This document shows positions 37,636-48,676 of a stretch of 64,000 nucleotides of DNA, one piece after another; positions within the stretch are counted from its first letter, which is position 1; every line of letters begins with the position of its first letter. The notes beneath the pieces are model-generated. The model was given only the letters and a program-made list of their open reading frames with translations, had not been told where the DNA came from and made no database searches. Both the position numbers and the translations under genes were made by a program. The stretch covers positions 5,382 to 69,381 of the forward strand of contig CAIRNR010000007.1 of assembly GCA_903879985.1 (NCBI GenBank), in the 5' to 3' direction. This DNA comes from an uncultured candidate division WWE3 bacterium (GTDB lineage: Bacteria; Patescibacteriota; WWE3; UBA101185; UBA10185).

Positions 37636-39750
37636 TTATTTCAATGTTTTGCTACTAACTGGCATTTTGACATTTACTTTAATATCTAAAATGTCGTTAT
37701 TTGCTGTTACTGCAACTAAATCACCTTCGACAATTTCGCCAGAAATAAGCTTACTTGAGATCGCGTTGTCTAATTCTTTCTGAACTAAGCGACGTAATGG
37801 CCTTGCGCCGTACTCTTCGTTGTACCCATGTGCGACCATGTAATCTATAGCTTTGTCGTCAACAGAAAGTGAAACACTTTGGTCAGCAAGCATTTTTTCG
37901 GTCTTTTGAACCAATTTTCGAGTGATCTGTTTGATATGATCCATGCTTAAACTGGTAAATATTACGATTTCGTCGATTCTGTTCAAAAATTCAGGCTTAA
38001 AAGAGTCTTTTAATATAGAAAATATTCTTCGATCTATATCTTTTAAAGCTTCTTCCTTAGATTTAGACTGATTACCTTGATCAAACCCTATTTCTTGGCG
38101 TCTCAAGAACTCTGAGCCAACGTTTGAGGTCATAATCATAATAGTGTTCTTAAAGTCCACCGTGCGTCCCTTACTGTCAGTTAGACGCCCATCTTCCATT
38201 ATTTGTAATAAAGCGTTAAAGGTATCTGGATGAGCTTTTTCAACTTCATCCAAAAGTACTATTGAAAATGGTTTACGACGAACTGTATCAGTGAGTTGAC
38301 CGCCTTGGTCGTAACCAATATATCCTGGAGGCGCGCCGATAAGTTTACTCACACTATGCTTTTCCATGTATTCACTCATATCAAGTCGCACAATCATATC
38401 TTCGTTACCATACAAAGCTTCAGCTAAAGCTTTGGCAAGTTCTGTTTTACCTACACCGGTTGGACCTAAGAACAAAAATGTTCCGATTGGTCTTTTTGGA
38501 TCTTTTAAACCTGCGCGAGCGCGGCGAATTGATTCGGACAAAACTTTTAATGCGGTGTCTTGACCAACAATTCGTTGTTTTAAAACCTCTTCCATCTTTA
38601 ATAATCTTTCACGTTCGACGACATTTAGTTTTTCAAGGGGAATTCCTGTAGCTCTTGCTACAACTTTTACAACGTCTTCTTCTTTAACATCAGGAACTTC
38701 TTCAAGTTTTGTTTTTGTCCAAATATCCATTAACTCAGCTTTAACTTTTTCAAGTTCAGCAATTCTATCTTTTGTAGTTACTTTGTCGCTTGCAGATAAA
38801 TCTTTTTGGCGTAATTTATTTTTTAAAGCATCAACTTCATCTTCAACTTGTTTTAAGTTTTCAGGTTCCCGAACTTGGGAAAGTCTAACTAATGCACAAG
38901 CTTCATCAATTAAGTCAATTGCCTTATCTGGTAAAAAACGATCACTTATATAGCGATCACTCATTTTCACGGCGGCTTTTATAGCTTCATCGGTTATTTT
39001 TACATGATGGTGACCTTCGTATCTTTCGCGTAAACCCAAAAGTATAGCGACTGTATCTTCTGTGGTTGGTTCTTCGACCATAATTGTTTGGAATCTTCTT
39101 TCAAGAGCGGCGTCTTTTTCAATATATTTTCTGTATTCATCTATTGTGGTTGCACCTACCATTTGGAATTCACCACGTGAAAGTGCGGGTTTTAAAATGT
39201 TTGCAGCATCTAAAGAACCTTCGGCACCACCGGCTCCGATAACAGTATGAAGCTCGTCGACAAACAAAATTATTTGCCCGTTTGCGTTCATAACCTCGGT
39301 GATAATATCTTTTAAACGACCTTCAAACATTCCACGATGAGATGTTCCGGCAATTACCGATGCCAAATCCAACATGAAAACTCTTTTGCCGCGCAATGGT
39401 TCTGGTACTTGGTTATTAATTATTTTTTGGGCTAAACCTTCAACAATAGCTGTTTTACCAACACCTGGATCTCCTATTAAAACAGGATTATTCTTTGTTC
39501 TTCGGGATAAAATATGGATAACACGTTCAATTTCGTTTTTACGACCAATAACAGGATCGAGCTTTCCTTCTCGAGCCATCTGGGTAAGATCACGACCGAA
39601 TTTATCAAGTTTAGAAGCGGAGTTAGAAGTTTCTTTCATGACTTCTTCGTAACAAACTTCGCACAAGGCCATGTACACTTGCTTTCCTTCGATGATCTGG
39701 TTTATAGGTATTTTAGCAGGACGTTGTCCACATCTGTGACATAAAACCAT
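37636..39750 (-). CDS. Clp/Hsp100 AAA+ ATPase (ClpC/ClpE-like) with N-terminal zinc finger
   Basis: There are two Walker A sites, 'GDPGVGKT' and 'GPTGVGKT'. The N-terminal 'CHRCGQRP…CEVCY' is a zinc-binding motif as in ClpE/ClpX. Confidence 0.8.
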   Translation of the reverse strand: MVLCHRCGQRPAKIPINQIIEGKQVYMALCEVCYEEVMKETSNSASKLDKFGRDLTQMAREGKLDPVIGRKNEIERVIHILSRRTKNNPVLIGDPGVGKTAIVEGLAQKIINNQVPEPLRGKRVFMLDLASVIAGTSHRGMFEGRLKDIITEVMNANGQIILFVDELHTVIGAGGAEGSLDAANILKPALSRGEFQMVGATTIDEYRKYIEKDAALERRFQTIMVEEPTTEDTVAILLGLRERYEGHHHVKITDEAIKAAVKMSDRYISDRFLPDKAIDLIDEACALVRLSQVREPENLKQVEDEVDALKNKLRQKDLSASDKVTTKDRIAELEKVKAELMDIWTKTKLEEVPDVKEEDVVKVVARATGIPLEKLNVVERERLLKMEEVLKQRIVGQDTALKVLSESIRRARAGLKDPKRPIGTFLFLGPTGVGKTELAKALAEALYGNEDMIVRLDMSEYMEKHSVSKLIGAPPGYIGYDQGGQLTDTVRRKPFSIVLLDEVEKAHPDTFNALLQIMEDGRLTDSKGRTVDFKNTIMIMTSNVGSEFLRRQEIGFDQGNQSKSKEEALKDIDRRIFSILKDSFKPEFLNRIDEIVIFTSLSMDHIKQITRKLVQKTEKMLADQSVSLSVDDKAIDYMVAHGYNEEYGARPLRRLVQKELDNAISSKLISGEIVEGDLVAVTANNDILDIKVNVKMPVSSKTLK

Positions 39751-39883
39751 AAAAGTATATTAGCACTCTAAGTTTCCGAGTGCAAGAGTTTGAAATTGTT
39801 TTAGTAGCGTGTTTTGTGAAAATAATATTGTTTTTAGAAAAAAAATGGACGGTAAGTTTTTTTTACCGCCCTTATAAAATGCA

Positions 39884-40366
39884 TCACAGTTTAATTCTTG
39901 ATACCTTATACGTTCCGTCATTGCTAAGGTAGTACTCATAACTGTATGCTGCCGTTTGTGTATCATCTATAGATGAAGTTTCCAGAGCCAGATATCCCAA
40001 ATCGTTGAATTCAAAATATTCAGCACACTTTTGGCCGCTACGATTATCGTAGATTATTTTAGTCAGTCTGCCCTCCTGATTCCAATAGTACCAGCAAATT
40101 GTCCGCTGCTCTTTTTTAGAAAAACTTTGGGCGCGTACCGGACAGGAACCCGTGGTCGATAAAACACCCAAACCTGAAAGCCAGCAATCAATTTTGATTC
40201 GCCACAATTTGCGTTTTGGGTAGTAAACGCTGGCAGAAGGGGTTTCGGGAAACCACATTTTTAAATGGTGAATGTATTCTTGAACAATATATCCCAGTAG
40301 CAACACTAACAAAAAGGCTACCAGGAACCAAAAGGTCCATCCATGCAAAAAATCCGTAAAAGCCAT
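39884..40366 (-). CDS. hypothetical membrane protein (160 aa)
   Basis: An N-terminal TM helix and W/Y-rich. Confidence 0.4.
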   Translation of the reverse strand: MAFTDFLHGWTFWFLVAFLLVLLLGYIVQEYIHHLKMWFPETPSASVYYPKRKLWRIKIDCWLSGLGVLSTTGSCPVRAQSFSKKEQRTICWYYWNQEGRLTKIIYDNRSGQKCAEYFEFNDLGYLALETSSIDDTQTAAYSYEYYLSNDGTYKVSRIKL

Positions 40367-40440
40367 AATATCCTCTCCTTAGTATAGGTTATGTTTCCTG
40401 GAATATACTACAGAATTGAAATAAATGGAAACAAAAAATC

Positions 40441-42313
40441 TTAGTGCTCCCAAACATCTCCAACACAAGGATCGGACTTTACAACAACCTTATGAATAAA
40501 TAACTGTGCAGCTCGAACCATTTCGTCCGACTGAACTTGTGCCCAATAATCAGCTTGATCTTCTCGTACTTCCGAAACTATTTCATCGTGAACAGTAAGA
40601 ATCAATCTGGCATCAACACCTTCTTTTTTCATACGTTCCTGCAAATAAACTAATGCGTACTTAACTGCGTCTGCATTTGTTCCCTGAATTGGGTGGTTTT
40701 TTGCTTCGCGCTCTATAGAAGAAACTTTTTTTCGGTAATCAGGATCATCTTTTTCTACTTTGTGATACCAGCGTTTGCGTCCTGCAGGAGTTTCACTATA
40801 ACCAAGCTGAACTGCGCGCTTTGCAATTCGGTCCAAAAAGGTTTTAACACTTGGATAAGATGCAAAATACTTACTGATATATTCTTCACCTTGTTCTTTA
40901 GTAATAGGCGTTCCTGTTTCGGCAGCGATTCGTCCAGACAAACCCATGGCACCCATTCCATACATCAAACCAAAACCAATTGGTTTGGCAATTTGACGAA
41001 GCTGTGGATATTTCTTTTTAAAATCATCACTGTAAGGAACGTTAAACATTAATGATGCCGTGTATGAGTGAATATCTAATCCTTGGTTTAAAGCGTTTAT
41101 CATTTTTTCGTCTCCACTAAGTTCTGCTAAAATTCTCATTTCAAAACTTGAGTAGTCTGCTGTTACTAATTTATAACCGGGCTGTGGATTAAAACAAGTT
41201 CTAAATGGAGCTTCTGCTGAATTACGCGGAATTTGTTGAAGGTTTGGATTGTTACAAGAAAACCTTCCCGTTGCAGCACCAAGCTGATTATATTCTGGGT
41301 GGAATCTTCCGGTTACAGGATTCATCTTAGCTAATAAACTTTCTCCAAACGCAGACATTAACTTTGCATAACCACGATATTCTCTAAGAATTTTTACAAC
41401 AGGATGACTTACACCTTGTAAAATACCATCACCCGTTGAAGGAACATTTAACTTTAATCTATTATTTAAAAGGTCCATTAACTGAACGTTACTGTTCATA
41501 TTAATAATGTCAGCTTGGTTACCAAACAGATCGATCATATTTGTTTTGTAGTACGGCTTTATAGACTCCTGAAAATCTTTAGCAAGTTGACTTCGCTTAA
41601 CTTCCAAGTTCTTCATTATTTCTCGCCATCTCGCAACATCAATATAAATTCCATTAAGTTCCATTTCTGCAACAACACGTGTGGTCGCAAACTCAAGCTT
41701 GGCAATATTCAAAAAGTTTATGCTTTGATAACTGCTGCAACTGAGCTTCAAATATTGGAAACATTATTAACGTATCAATAGCACCGTACTTTAATTGATC
41801 GTCTGTAAGTCTGGAATTTTTTGACATTGTAATAAAAGTTTCTCGTATTTCCTTACTCATATTGTAATTCGCATACTTCATCGCCAAATCTTTAAGTTTG
41901 TAATATCCGGCACCAAGTCCTGCGTTTAAAATAGATTCGGTCAACATCGTGTCATATAAATTAGCCATTTCTATTCCAGTGGTCATTTTAATTTGCTTAT
42001 AATCAAACTTTCCGTTATGCAAAATTTTAATTATTTGTGGATTTTCCAATAAAGATTTGAAACGTGGGATTTCGCGTAAATTAAGTAGGCGTGCATCAAA
42101 GATCCAAGTTTTATGATCGTTACCAATTTGAATAGTAAGTAACATTGTTTGAAATGGATCAAGTGAATTACTTTCAACGTCAACGCCTAAAGCTTTTTCT
42201 TTTTCCAAATCATCAATAGCTTTGTTTGCTTCTTCAACCGTTGTTATATAAACGTATTCAGGATTTTGTGGGTCAAACTTTAGTTCCTTAACAATTTCTT
42301 TGGTTGGGTCCAT
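40441..42313 (-). pseudogene. polA: DNA polymerase I, Klenow-like (3'-5' exonuclease + family-A polymerase, no 5'-nuclease domain), interrupted by a frameshift in an A5/T5 homopolymer at 41711..41715
   Basis: The exonuclease ORF 41693..42313 and the polymerase ORF 40441..41751 overlap by 59 nt in different frames. Removing one T from the T5 run gives a continuous '…LSKHKLLNIAKLEFATTRVVAEMELNGI…'. The polymerase motifs 'RQIAKPIGFGLMYG' and 'LTVHDEIV' are present. Confidence 0.6.
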
Positions 42314-42435
42314 GGCTGTATGATATCAGGTTTAGATTAGAGTTACGTGCAACGTTGGTTGGGATTTTGCTTTTACTAGCAATTGTGTTATTTTTGCAGG
42401 AATAGACTAGTCATAACCAAAAAGGAGTGTGAAAA

Positions 42436-42741
42436 ATGTCAGAACTTGGTTACTTACCAAAACGTGGTATTAAAACTTGGATAGTTGCTGTTTTATGGCC
42501 GGTGCTTTTGTTTTTGACGGGAATACTCAGCGGTTGGGGAATGACGTTATCTGCAGCAATTTGCAGGCCAATGGAACATGTGGTTACAAAGGGAATTTTT
42601 GTGGTCGTCACAATTCTCGCCGGGGTATTGAGCTTTGAGTACGCGCAAAGATTGTCCAGCAATAGATTTGTGCAAATCATATACGCTCTACTCTGTCTGT
42701 TCGCGTTTTTTGTGGCATGCTTTGTGCTTAAGTTAAATTGA
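42436..42741 (+). CDS. small membrane protein (101 aa)
   Basis: Three hydrophobic helices. Confidence 0.4.
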   Translation: MSELGYLPKRGIKTWIVAVLWPVLLFLTGILSGWGMTLSAAICRPMEHVVTKGIFVVVTILAGVLSFEYAQRLSSNRFVQIIYALLCLFAFFVACFVLKLN

Positions 42742-42877
42742 AATGAATGTTTTTTTGTAACGCCCTGCGTAATTATATTTCGTGGGGCGCTTTTTTGTGG
42801 TGGTTCTAGGGCCTATAGCGTTTGACTTTAATACAGCTAGTTGTTAAAGTGGTCAAAATAGAAAAAAAGGAGCGATT

Positions 42878-43450
42878 ATGACAGATCGAATAGCAACAGG
42901 TACTGTTAAAGTATCTAAATATGGAACCTTCAACCGAGGTGGCTATGGTCAGGAATATTTTAGCGAGCGGCTGCTCGGACATCAAAGTCCCAACTATTAT
43001 GTAAACACATTCGTTGGTGACTTTGTTGATATTGTTGATGCAAAAGGCAAATTGGTTATAACGATGTGCCTCTCTGATTTCAATCGTGTAGACAACATTT
43101 CCGGCCAGCATGAAGTTATGAGCGGCGGATGGCTGGTAGACTCTTTAAGGTCACAAGCCAAGTACATCAAATCGGGAATTACATCTCTCGACTTTGAAAT
43201 AAGGCAGCGCAAGACTCTCATAGCCAGAATACTTGCCGCAGAAAAAGGGCACAGGGGAAGTTTTATCGATAATTCGCCATTTTACAAAGTCGACGCAAAA
43301 AAATATCCGCGTGGCCGCATGCTTATGCTATTAGTGTTAAACGGCATGAAAGATTTTCGGGTAATTGATTCCAAAGGATATATTGTACCTGCCGAGAAAA
43401 AATATCCATTGGCAGGAGATGCTCCAATTAGGGATCATGATTTCTGGTAA
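42878..43450 (+). CDS. hypothetical protein (190 aa), moderately GC-rich
   Basis: AAAGGAG RBS, and no family assigned. Confidence 0.45.
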   Translation: MTDRIATGTVKVSKYGTFNRGGYGQEYFSERLLGHQSPNYYVNTFVGDFVDIVDAKGKLVITMCLSDFNRVDNISGQHEVMSGGWLVDSLRSQAKYIKSGITSLDFEIRQRKTLIARILAAEKGHRGSFIDNSPFYKVDAKKYPRGRMLMLLVLNGMKDFRVIDSKGYIVPAEKKYPLAGDAPIRDHDFW

Positions 43451-43484
43451 AAATATTGCACGCAATAGGCGCCTAACAATTAAA

Positions 43485-44834
43485 TTAAAGTTGTTGGGCG
43501 CTCTTCTTTTCCAAAGCTGCAACAATTAAACCACGAGTAACATCCGGAGCAGCCTTACCTTGAGTTTCACGCATAACTTGGCCAACTAAAAATTGAACAG
43601 CATTTTGTTTTCCGGCCTTAAAATCTTCAACCGCTTTTGGATTTGCAGAAATTGCTTTTTCTACTGCCGCACTAATTGCAGCTGAATCATTAATAACCTC
43701 AGAACTTTTCTTTAACATTTCATCAACTTGATCCACAGTCATTTCTAAAGTTTCTTTTTTATTTAATAAAGTGTTTGCTACTTTACGACCTTCGTTTCCC
43801 TTTTTAACAATTGCTTCAAACTTTTCAGCGAGGTCTTTACCACCGAGATCAACAAGTGCGTGAGCAACTTCTTTTGTTAAACCAAAATCTCTTACTAAGC
43901 GATCCTTCATTTGCTGAGGTAATTCTGGTAACAAAGATTTGAGTTCATTAATATAAACTTCATCAAAAAACATAGGTGGGATATCAGGTTCTGGAAAATA
44001 TCTGTAATCGTTTGCTTCTTCCTTACTACGTTGTAAAACAGTTTTTCCAGTTGCTTCGTTATAACCTCGGTTTTCTTGCTTTGGTGTTTCGCCTTTTTCT
44101 AATAATTCTCGTTGACGAACAACCTCAGCCAAAACTGCTTTTTCCATAAATCTAAATGAATTAATGTTTTTTACTTCGACTTTATATTTTGGCAATTCGT
44201 TTCGAGCTTCCATGTCGGCGGTTCGCAAAGAAATATTTGCCTCAAGTCTCATTTGGCCTTTTTCCATATCGGCATTACTAATTCCTAACGATCGTGCAAT
44301 ATTTTGAAGTTGTTTGCAGTAATCAACGGCGTCATCAAGAGTTTTAAAAGTAGGAGCTGTAACAATTTCAGCAAGTGGAATACTGGATTTATTGTAGTCA
44401 ACCAAAGTTTTACCGCCTTCGTGAAGTGATTTAGCAACATCTTCTTCAAGGTGTAGTCGTTCAATATCAGCAACGTTTCCAGATAACAAGTCTAAATGAC
44501 CGTTTTCACAGAATGGTTGTTTGTATTGGCTTATTTGATAACCTTTTGGCAAGTCAGGATAAAAGTAATGTTTTCTGTCAAAGCGAGAGTTTTGGTTTAA
44601 TGTACAGTTTAAAGCTAATCCAAATAATTGAGCTTTTCTTATGGCTTCAAAGTTTGGAACCGGAAGAGCGCCTGGTAAACCTAGGCAAACCGGACACACA
44701 TGAGTATTAGGTTCAGCTTGCCATATATCAGCGGAACAACCACAAAACATTTTTTGTTCTGTCATTAGCTGTACATGAACTTCTAAACCTAAAACTAATT
44801 TGTAACTACCTAATAATTCGAGCTCTTTGGTCAT
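43485..44834 (-). CDS. gatB: Asp/Glu-tRNA(Asn/Gln) amidotransferase subunit B
   Basis: 'LVLGLEVHVQL…KMFCGCS' is the GatB N-terminal signature, and there is a C-terminal YqeY-like tail. Confidence 0.85.
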   Translation of the reverse strand: MTKELELLGSYKLVLGLEVHVQLMTEQKMFCGCSADIWQAEPNTHVCPVCLGLPGALPVPNFEAIRKAQLFGLALNCTLNQNSRFDRKHYFYPDLPKGYQISQYKQPFCENGHLDLLSGNVADIERLHLEEDVAKSLHEGGKTLVDYNKSSIPLAEIVTAPTFKTLDDAVDYCKQLQNIARSLGISNADMEKGQMRLEANISLRTADMEARNELPKYKVEVKNINSFRFMEKAVLAEVVRQRELLEKGETPKQENRGYNEATGKTVLQRSKEEANDYRYFPEPDIPPMFFDEVYINELKSLLPELPQQMKDRLVRDFGLTKEVAHALVDLGGKDLAEKFEAIVKKGNEGRKVANTLLNKKETLEMTVDQVDEMLKKSSEVINDSAAISAAVEKAISANPKAVEDFKAGKQNAVQFLVGQVMRETQGKAAPDVTRGLIVAALEKKSAQQL

Positions 44835-44836
44835 AG

Positions 44837-45538
44837 TTATACTTTAAAATGTAAATTTCTAAACACTACCTGGTCAAATACTATATCATCAAAACCAAGA
44901 ATAAACTCAACAATTTTTGATACTTGCTCAGGCTTCATAGCGTACGTCATATCACGAGAAGCGCCACTATTTGCAAAAAGTCCTGTATCTATTAAACCGG
45001 GATAAATACCAACAACGCCAACATTATACTTCTCCAAATCTTTTCCTAAAGCTTTTGTAAACCCTGTGATGGCCCACTTTGAAGCACTATAAATACTGCG
45101 ATCTTCTTTTGTTTCGATACCATCAATTGATCCAATATTTATTATCTTTCCGGATCTTTGCTTTTTCATAACTCTAACAACAGCTTTTGTCATGTTTATT
45201 GTTCCAACAGAATTCACCAACATGACGCGTGCAATATCAGAATAATCATTATCGTCCAAGTCGCCACCAACCCAGACTCCAGCGTCATTAATTAAAACAT
45301 CAATGTGACCAAACTTTTCTTCTACTTCTTTAACTACTTTTTGAACTGAAGCAACGTCCGTAATATCACATAAATATGAGTGGCACTTTAACTCTTCAGT
45401 GGTGTGTTCCAACGAAACTTTTTCATTAGACAAAACAACAACAGTATTAGCAATATCTTCTTTGAGTTTTCTGGCTAACTCTTTACCTAAACCTTGCGAG
45501 CCACCAGTTATTAAAATAATTCTTTTTTCAGCTGACAT
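44837..45538 (-). CDS. short-chain dehydrogenase/reductase (SDR)
   Basis: 'ILITGGSQGLGKELA' (TGxxxGxG) and 'YSASKWA' (YxxxK). Confidence 0.75.
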   Translation of the reverse strand: MSAEKRIILITGGSQGLGKELARKLKEDIANTVVVLSNEKVSLEHTTEELKCHSYLCDITDVASVQKVVKEVEEKFGHIDVLINDAGVWVGGDLDDNDYSDIARVMLVNSVGTINMTKAVVRVMKKQRSGKIINIGSIDGIETKEDRSIYSASKWAITGFTKALGKDLEKYNVGVVGIYPGLIDTGLFANSGASRDMTYAMKPEQVSKIVEFILGFDDIVFDQVVFRNLHFKV

Positions 45539-45547
45539 ATTTAAAAG

Positions 45548-45940
45548 TTAAACGCGTAAACCAAGAGTTTGTAATGCCCTTTGTAAATTATTTATTGCCT
45601 CTGTTACCATAAAATGTGGGGGTTCAAATCCTGCTTCGTGACTTATATTGTTTCTTAACTTGTGCGCTTCCCAAATTTTTTGGTAAGTAATAGGATCAAA
45701 TTTATCTCTGGAGTTTTTTAATCTTTCGCCCATGGTTTCTCCAACTGCAATATCCCGTAATGCGGTATCCATACATCTATCCGCAGTAATTAAAGCTTGT
45801 TTTAAATCAGAAGGACCTCTTTTTAAGAGTAACGCACGCACAGTATCCCAGTCGTAACTGATTTTCTTTTCTGTTTCTTGGCTAACAGAACCTCTTGAAG
45901 CGGCGCCTGCAGATGAAAATAAAAAATCAAAAAATCCCAT
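45548..45940 (-). CDS. hypothetical protein (130 aa)
   Basis: Open ORF inside the gatCA…gatB operon. Confidence 0.4.
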   Translation of the reverse strand: MGFFDFLFSSAGAASRGSVSQETEKKISYDWDTVRALLLKRGPSDLKQALITADRCMDTALRDIAVGETMGERLKNSRDKFDPITYQKIWEAHKLRNNISHEAGFEPPHFMVTEAINNLQRALQTLGLRV

Positions 45941-45941
45941 A

Positions 45942-46127
45942 TTAGTATTTCTTCATACGAATCAAAATAAATATGAATAATATGAATAAATATGATGCTA
46001 AATTAAAGGTTAGCAAAGTTCCAATAGGCAACGAAAAAAGTGCTTTGCCCGTTAGCTTCATTAGTACGTAACTATCTACGCCTAACATTATAAAAAAAAG
46101 TAAAACGCCTATTCCTAATGTTTGCAT
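45942..46127 (-). CDS. small membrane protein (61 aa)
   Basis: Two TM helices. Confidence 0.3.
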   Translation of the reverse strand: MQTLGIGVLLFFIMLGVDSYVLMKLTGKALFSLPIGTLLTFNLASYLFILFIFILIRMKKY

Positions 46128-47569
46128 TATTTTAGTCCTTCCAAATTTGGTTTATTTAAATGGTAGTCAGTTGCCTTCTGGAATGCATATGCAACCGCAC
46201 CTAATTTATTTTCGTCAAAGTGTTTACCAATAAGTTGCACACCAACAGGCATGTTATCGCTTAATCCACAAGGAATACTAATACCTGGTAAACCGGCAAT
46301 AGCGCTTGGTTCAGCCAAAACATCCATTAACTCACCAAACATAGGAGATTTTTCAGGATCACCTAAATTTAATGCAACACAGGGCATGGTTGGACCAATA
46401 ATCATATCTACTTCATTAAACGCTTTATTAAAGTCGTCCACAATAAGCGTTCGAACTTTTTGAGCTTTTGAATAATAGGCATCGTAATAACCTGCACTTA
46501 AAGTATAAGTTCCAAGCATAATTCTTTTTTTGGATTCAAAACCAAAGTTTGTACGATCGTTTCCATAACGAATTCCGTCGAGTCTGGCCAAATTAGAAGA
46601 AACTTCGGATCTTTGTAGAATTGTGTAAACGCCAATAGAATATTTTGGACTTAGTAAATCCATTTCAACTATTTGAGCACCAAGCTCTTTAAACTTTTCT
46701 ATAGCTTGTTCAACTTTTTCGCGAACACCTGGCTCAAGTTCTATTTCAAAGTAAGATTTTGGTTTACCAATTTTTATTTTACTTAAATCAATGTTATTTA
46801 AATTTGCAAAATAATCTTCAACCTCGGTTGGTGACGAAGTTGCATCCAACGGATCTTTACCTGCAATTATTTTTAAAACGTACGAGGCATCTTCAATTGT
46901 TTTTGCGATGGGTCCTGGCGAGTCTGTTGATGAAGCCATTGCTACAACACCATATCTACTGACACGACCATAAGTTGGTTTAAAACCCGAAGCACCACAC
47001 CAAGCAGCGGGGCCACGAATACTTCCCGCAGTTTCGCTTCCTGTTGAAAAAATACACATGTCCGACATAACGGCGGAAGCAGAACCACCTGAGGAACCGC
47101 CCGGAACTTTGTTTTTATTCCAAGGATTTATTGTTTTAAAAAAGTCTGAGGTTTCAGTAGATGAACCATGGGCAAAGGCGTCCATATTTGTTTTACCTAA
47201 CATAACAGCACCTGCATCTTTTAGTTTTTGAGTAACTGTAGATTCATACGGAGGTATGTAACCTTTTAACATGTTAGAACTTGCAGTTGTTTGAACACCT
47301 TTTGTAGAATAGTTATCTTTACAAGCGTAAGGAATTCCAAGAAGTGGTTTTTCTTCGAAAATTTCCGGACCGTGGGAGTTTATTAATAAATCAGCTTCTT
47401 CGGCTTCTGCTAATGCGCGATCTTTTACTAAGGTTACAAAAGCTTTTACAACGTCATCATATTTTTCGATTTGCTCAAAACAAGCTTGGGTTAAAGCAAC
47501 ACTCGTAAACGTCTTTTGTTTAAGTCCTTCGAGAGCTTCAATAATTGTAAGTTCGTTAAGTTGTTTCAT
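46127..47569 (-). CDS. gatA: Glu-tRNA(Gln) amidotransferase subunit A (amidase family)
   Basis: Amidase signature 'GGSSGGSASAV' and the catalytic Ser-cisSer-Lys region. Confidence 0.85.
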   Translation of the reverse strand: MKQLNELTIIEALEGLKQKTFTSVALTQACFEQIEKYDDVVKAFVTLVKDRALAEAEEADLLINSHGPEIFEEKPLLGIPYACKDNYSTKGVQTTASSNMLKGYIPPYESTVTQKLKDAGAVMLGKTNMDAFAHGSSTETSDFFKTINPWNKNKVPGGSSGGSASAVMSDMCIFSTGSETAGSIRGPAAWCGASGFKPTYGRVSRYGVVAMASSTDSPGPIAKTIEDASYVLKIIAGKDPLDATSSPTEVEDYFANLNNIDLSKIKIGKPKSYFEIELEPGVREKVEQAIEKFKELGAQIVEMDLLSPKYSIGVYTILQRSEVSSNLARLDGIRYGNDRTNFGFESKKRIMLGTYTLSAGYYDAYYSKAQKVRTLIVDDFNKAFNEVDMIIGPTMPCVALNLGDPEKSPMFGELMDVLAEPSAIAGLPGISIPCGLSDNMPVGVQLIGKHFDENKLGAVAYAFQKATDYHLNKPNLEGLK

Positions 47570-47575
47570 ATAGCT

Positions 47576-47866
47576 TTACTCGCGGTCAAAAACGCCTTTG
47601 GTGGAAATAAGACCGTTTGTAACTTCTTTGGCATTTTGCAAAACTTCTTCTTTAGTTAGAGTTGCTCGATTTTCCAAACCTTGTTGAAAAACATTAACAA
47701 GGCCAGTTACTTGATAGGTTTCAGCAACATCCTTAGTATCTAATTCTTCAAGGATTTTAATGTAGTCGATTGTTTGGCTAAAAAGCGAGGCAAAGAGTTC
47801 CTCTTGACCTGAAATGTCGAGTTTGGCTAAAGTCGCTATTTTTACAACGTCATCTTTTGAAATCAT
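47576..47866 (-). CDS. gatC: Glu-tRNA(Gln) amidotransferase subunit C
   Basis: 96 aa. 'ISKDDVVKIATLAKLDIS' matches the GatC N-terminus. It sits immediately upstream of gatA. Confidence 0.7.
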   Translation of the reverse strand: MISKDDVVKIATLAKLDISGQEELFASLFSQTIDYIKILEELDTKDVAETYQVTGLVNVFQQGLENRATLTKEEVLQNAKEVTNGLISTKGVFDRE

Positions 47867-48011
47867 ACTAAGACATTTTAGCAGTATTCAATTGGTTTAT
47901 AAAGGTTTTGGCTCCGGAATTGAATCCTGACAATAACCTGTAGGAAGTTGACTTTTGCCACTAACAACATAAAATGACCCTACCAAAAATATAGTGCTAA
48001 GGAGAGAACAA

Positions 48012-48674
48012 ATGGATGTACCGTGCGAGAAGCATATTACCCAGGCGGTAGTTGCTGCAGTCTATTGGCGAGAGAATAAAGGCAAATTGAACACAGCTTT
48101 GGAAATACTTAAGGGAACTCTAAATTGCATTCCAAGCTCCAGAAACATACCCATGGCAAAGACATTGGTTTACGGCCAAATGGCAATTACTCTGGAAAAG
48201 ATGGCTAAGTACGAGGATATGAAAAAAATCTGTGAGCAGATGATTAAAGAGCTGGATTATCGACACGCAGCTTTCTATCACAGAATGTTATCCGAGTATT
48301 ACCTTCACACCGGAGACGTCAAATTTGCGCTCATTCAGGCACACGAAGCGTATCGTTTGGCCAAGAAGTATAACCTGCCAGACAGAGTGTGGTACTCCCA
48401 TCAGGTTGTTACTACATTGTCGGTGCAACCTGGGATATCAAAACACGCAATGGAGCAAACGGTAGAAAAGGAGCGACGTGATTTGCTGTATAGCCTTAGC
48501 CTAAACCCAACAGAAACTGAGCGTGATGTTTGGGCATTAAGCGCGTATTTCAGTGCACTCCGTTATAACCGGAAACTGCTAAAGAAATACAAAACATCGT
48601 GGGTAATAAAACAACTATTTACGGAGCGATTTTGGATTAGAGTGTTTCGGATGGTAACAAAAAGGCACAGTTAA
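48012..48674 (+). CDS. hypothetical protein (~220 aa), helical/TPR-like
   Basis: AGGAGAG RBS, and no family assigned. Confidence 0.4.
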   Translation: MDVPCEKHITQAVVAAVYWRENKGKLNTALEILKGTLNCIPSSRNIPMAKTLVYGQMAITLEKMAKYEDMKKICEQMIKELDYRHAAFYHRMLSEYYLHTGDVKFALIQAHEAYRLAKKYNLPDRVWYSHQVVTTLSVQPGISKHAMEQTVEKERRDLLYSLSLNPTETERDVWALSAYFSALRYNRKLLKKYKTSWVIKQLFTERFWIRVFRMVTKRHS

Positions 48675-48676
48675 AG

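Noticed and set aside
38366-39744. Several 60-90-aa ORFs antisense within clpC-like gene
   Set aside because: They are internal to and antisense of a strongly supported AAA+ ATPase CDS.
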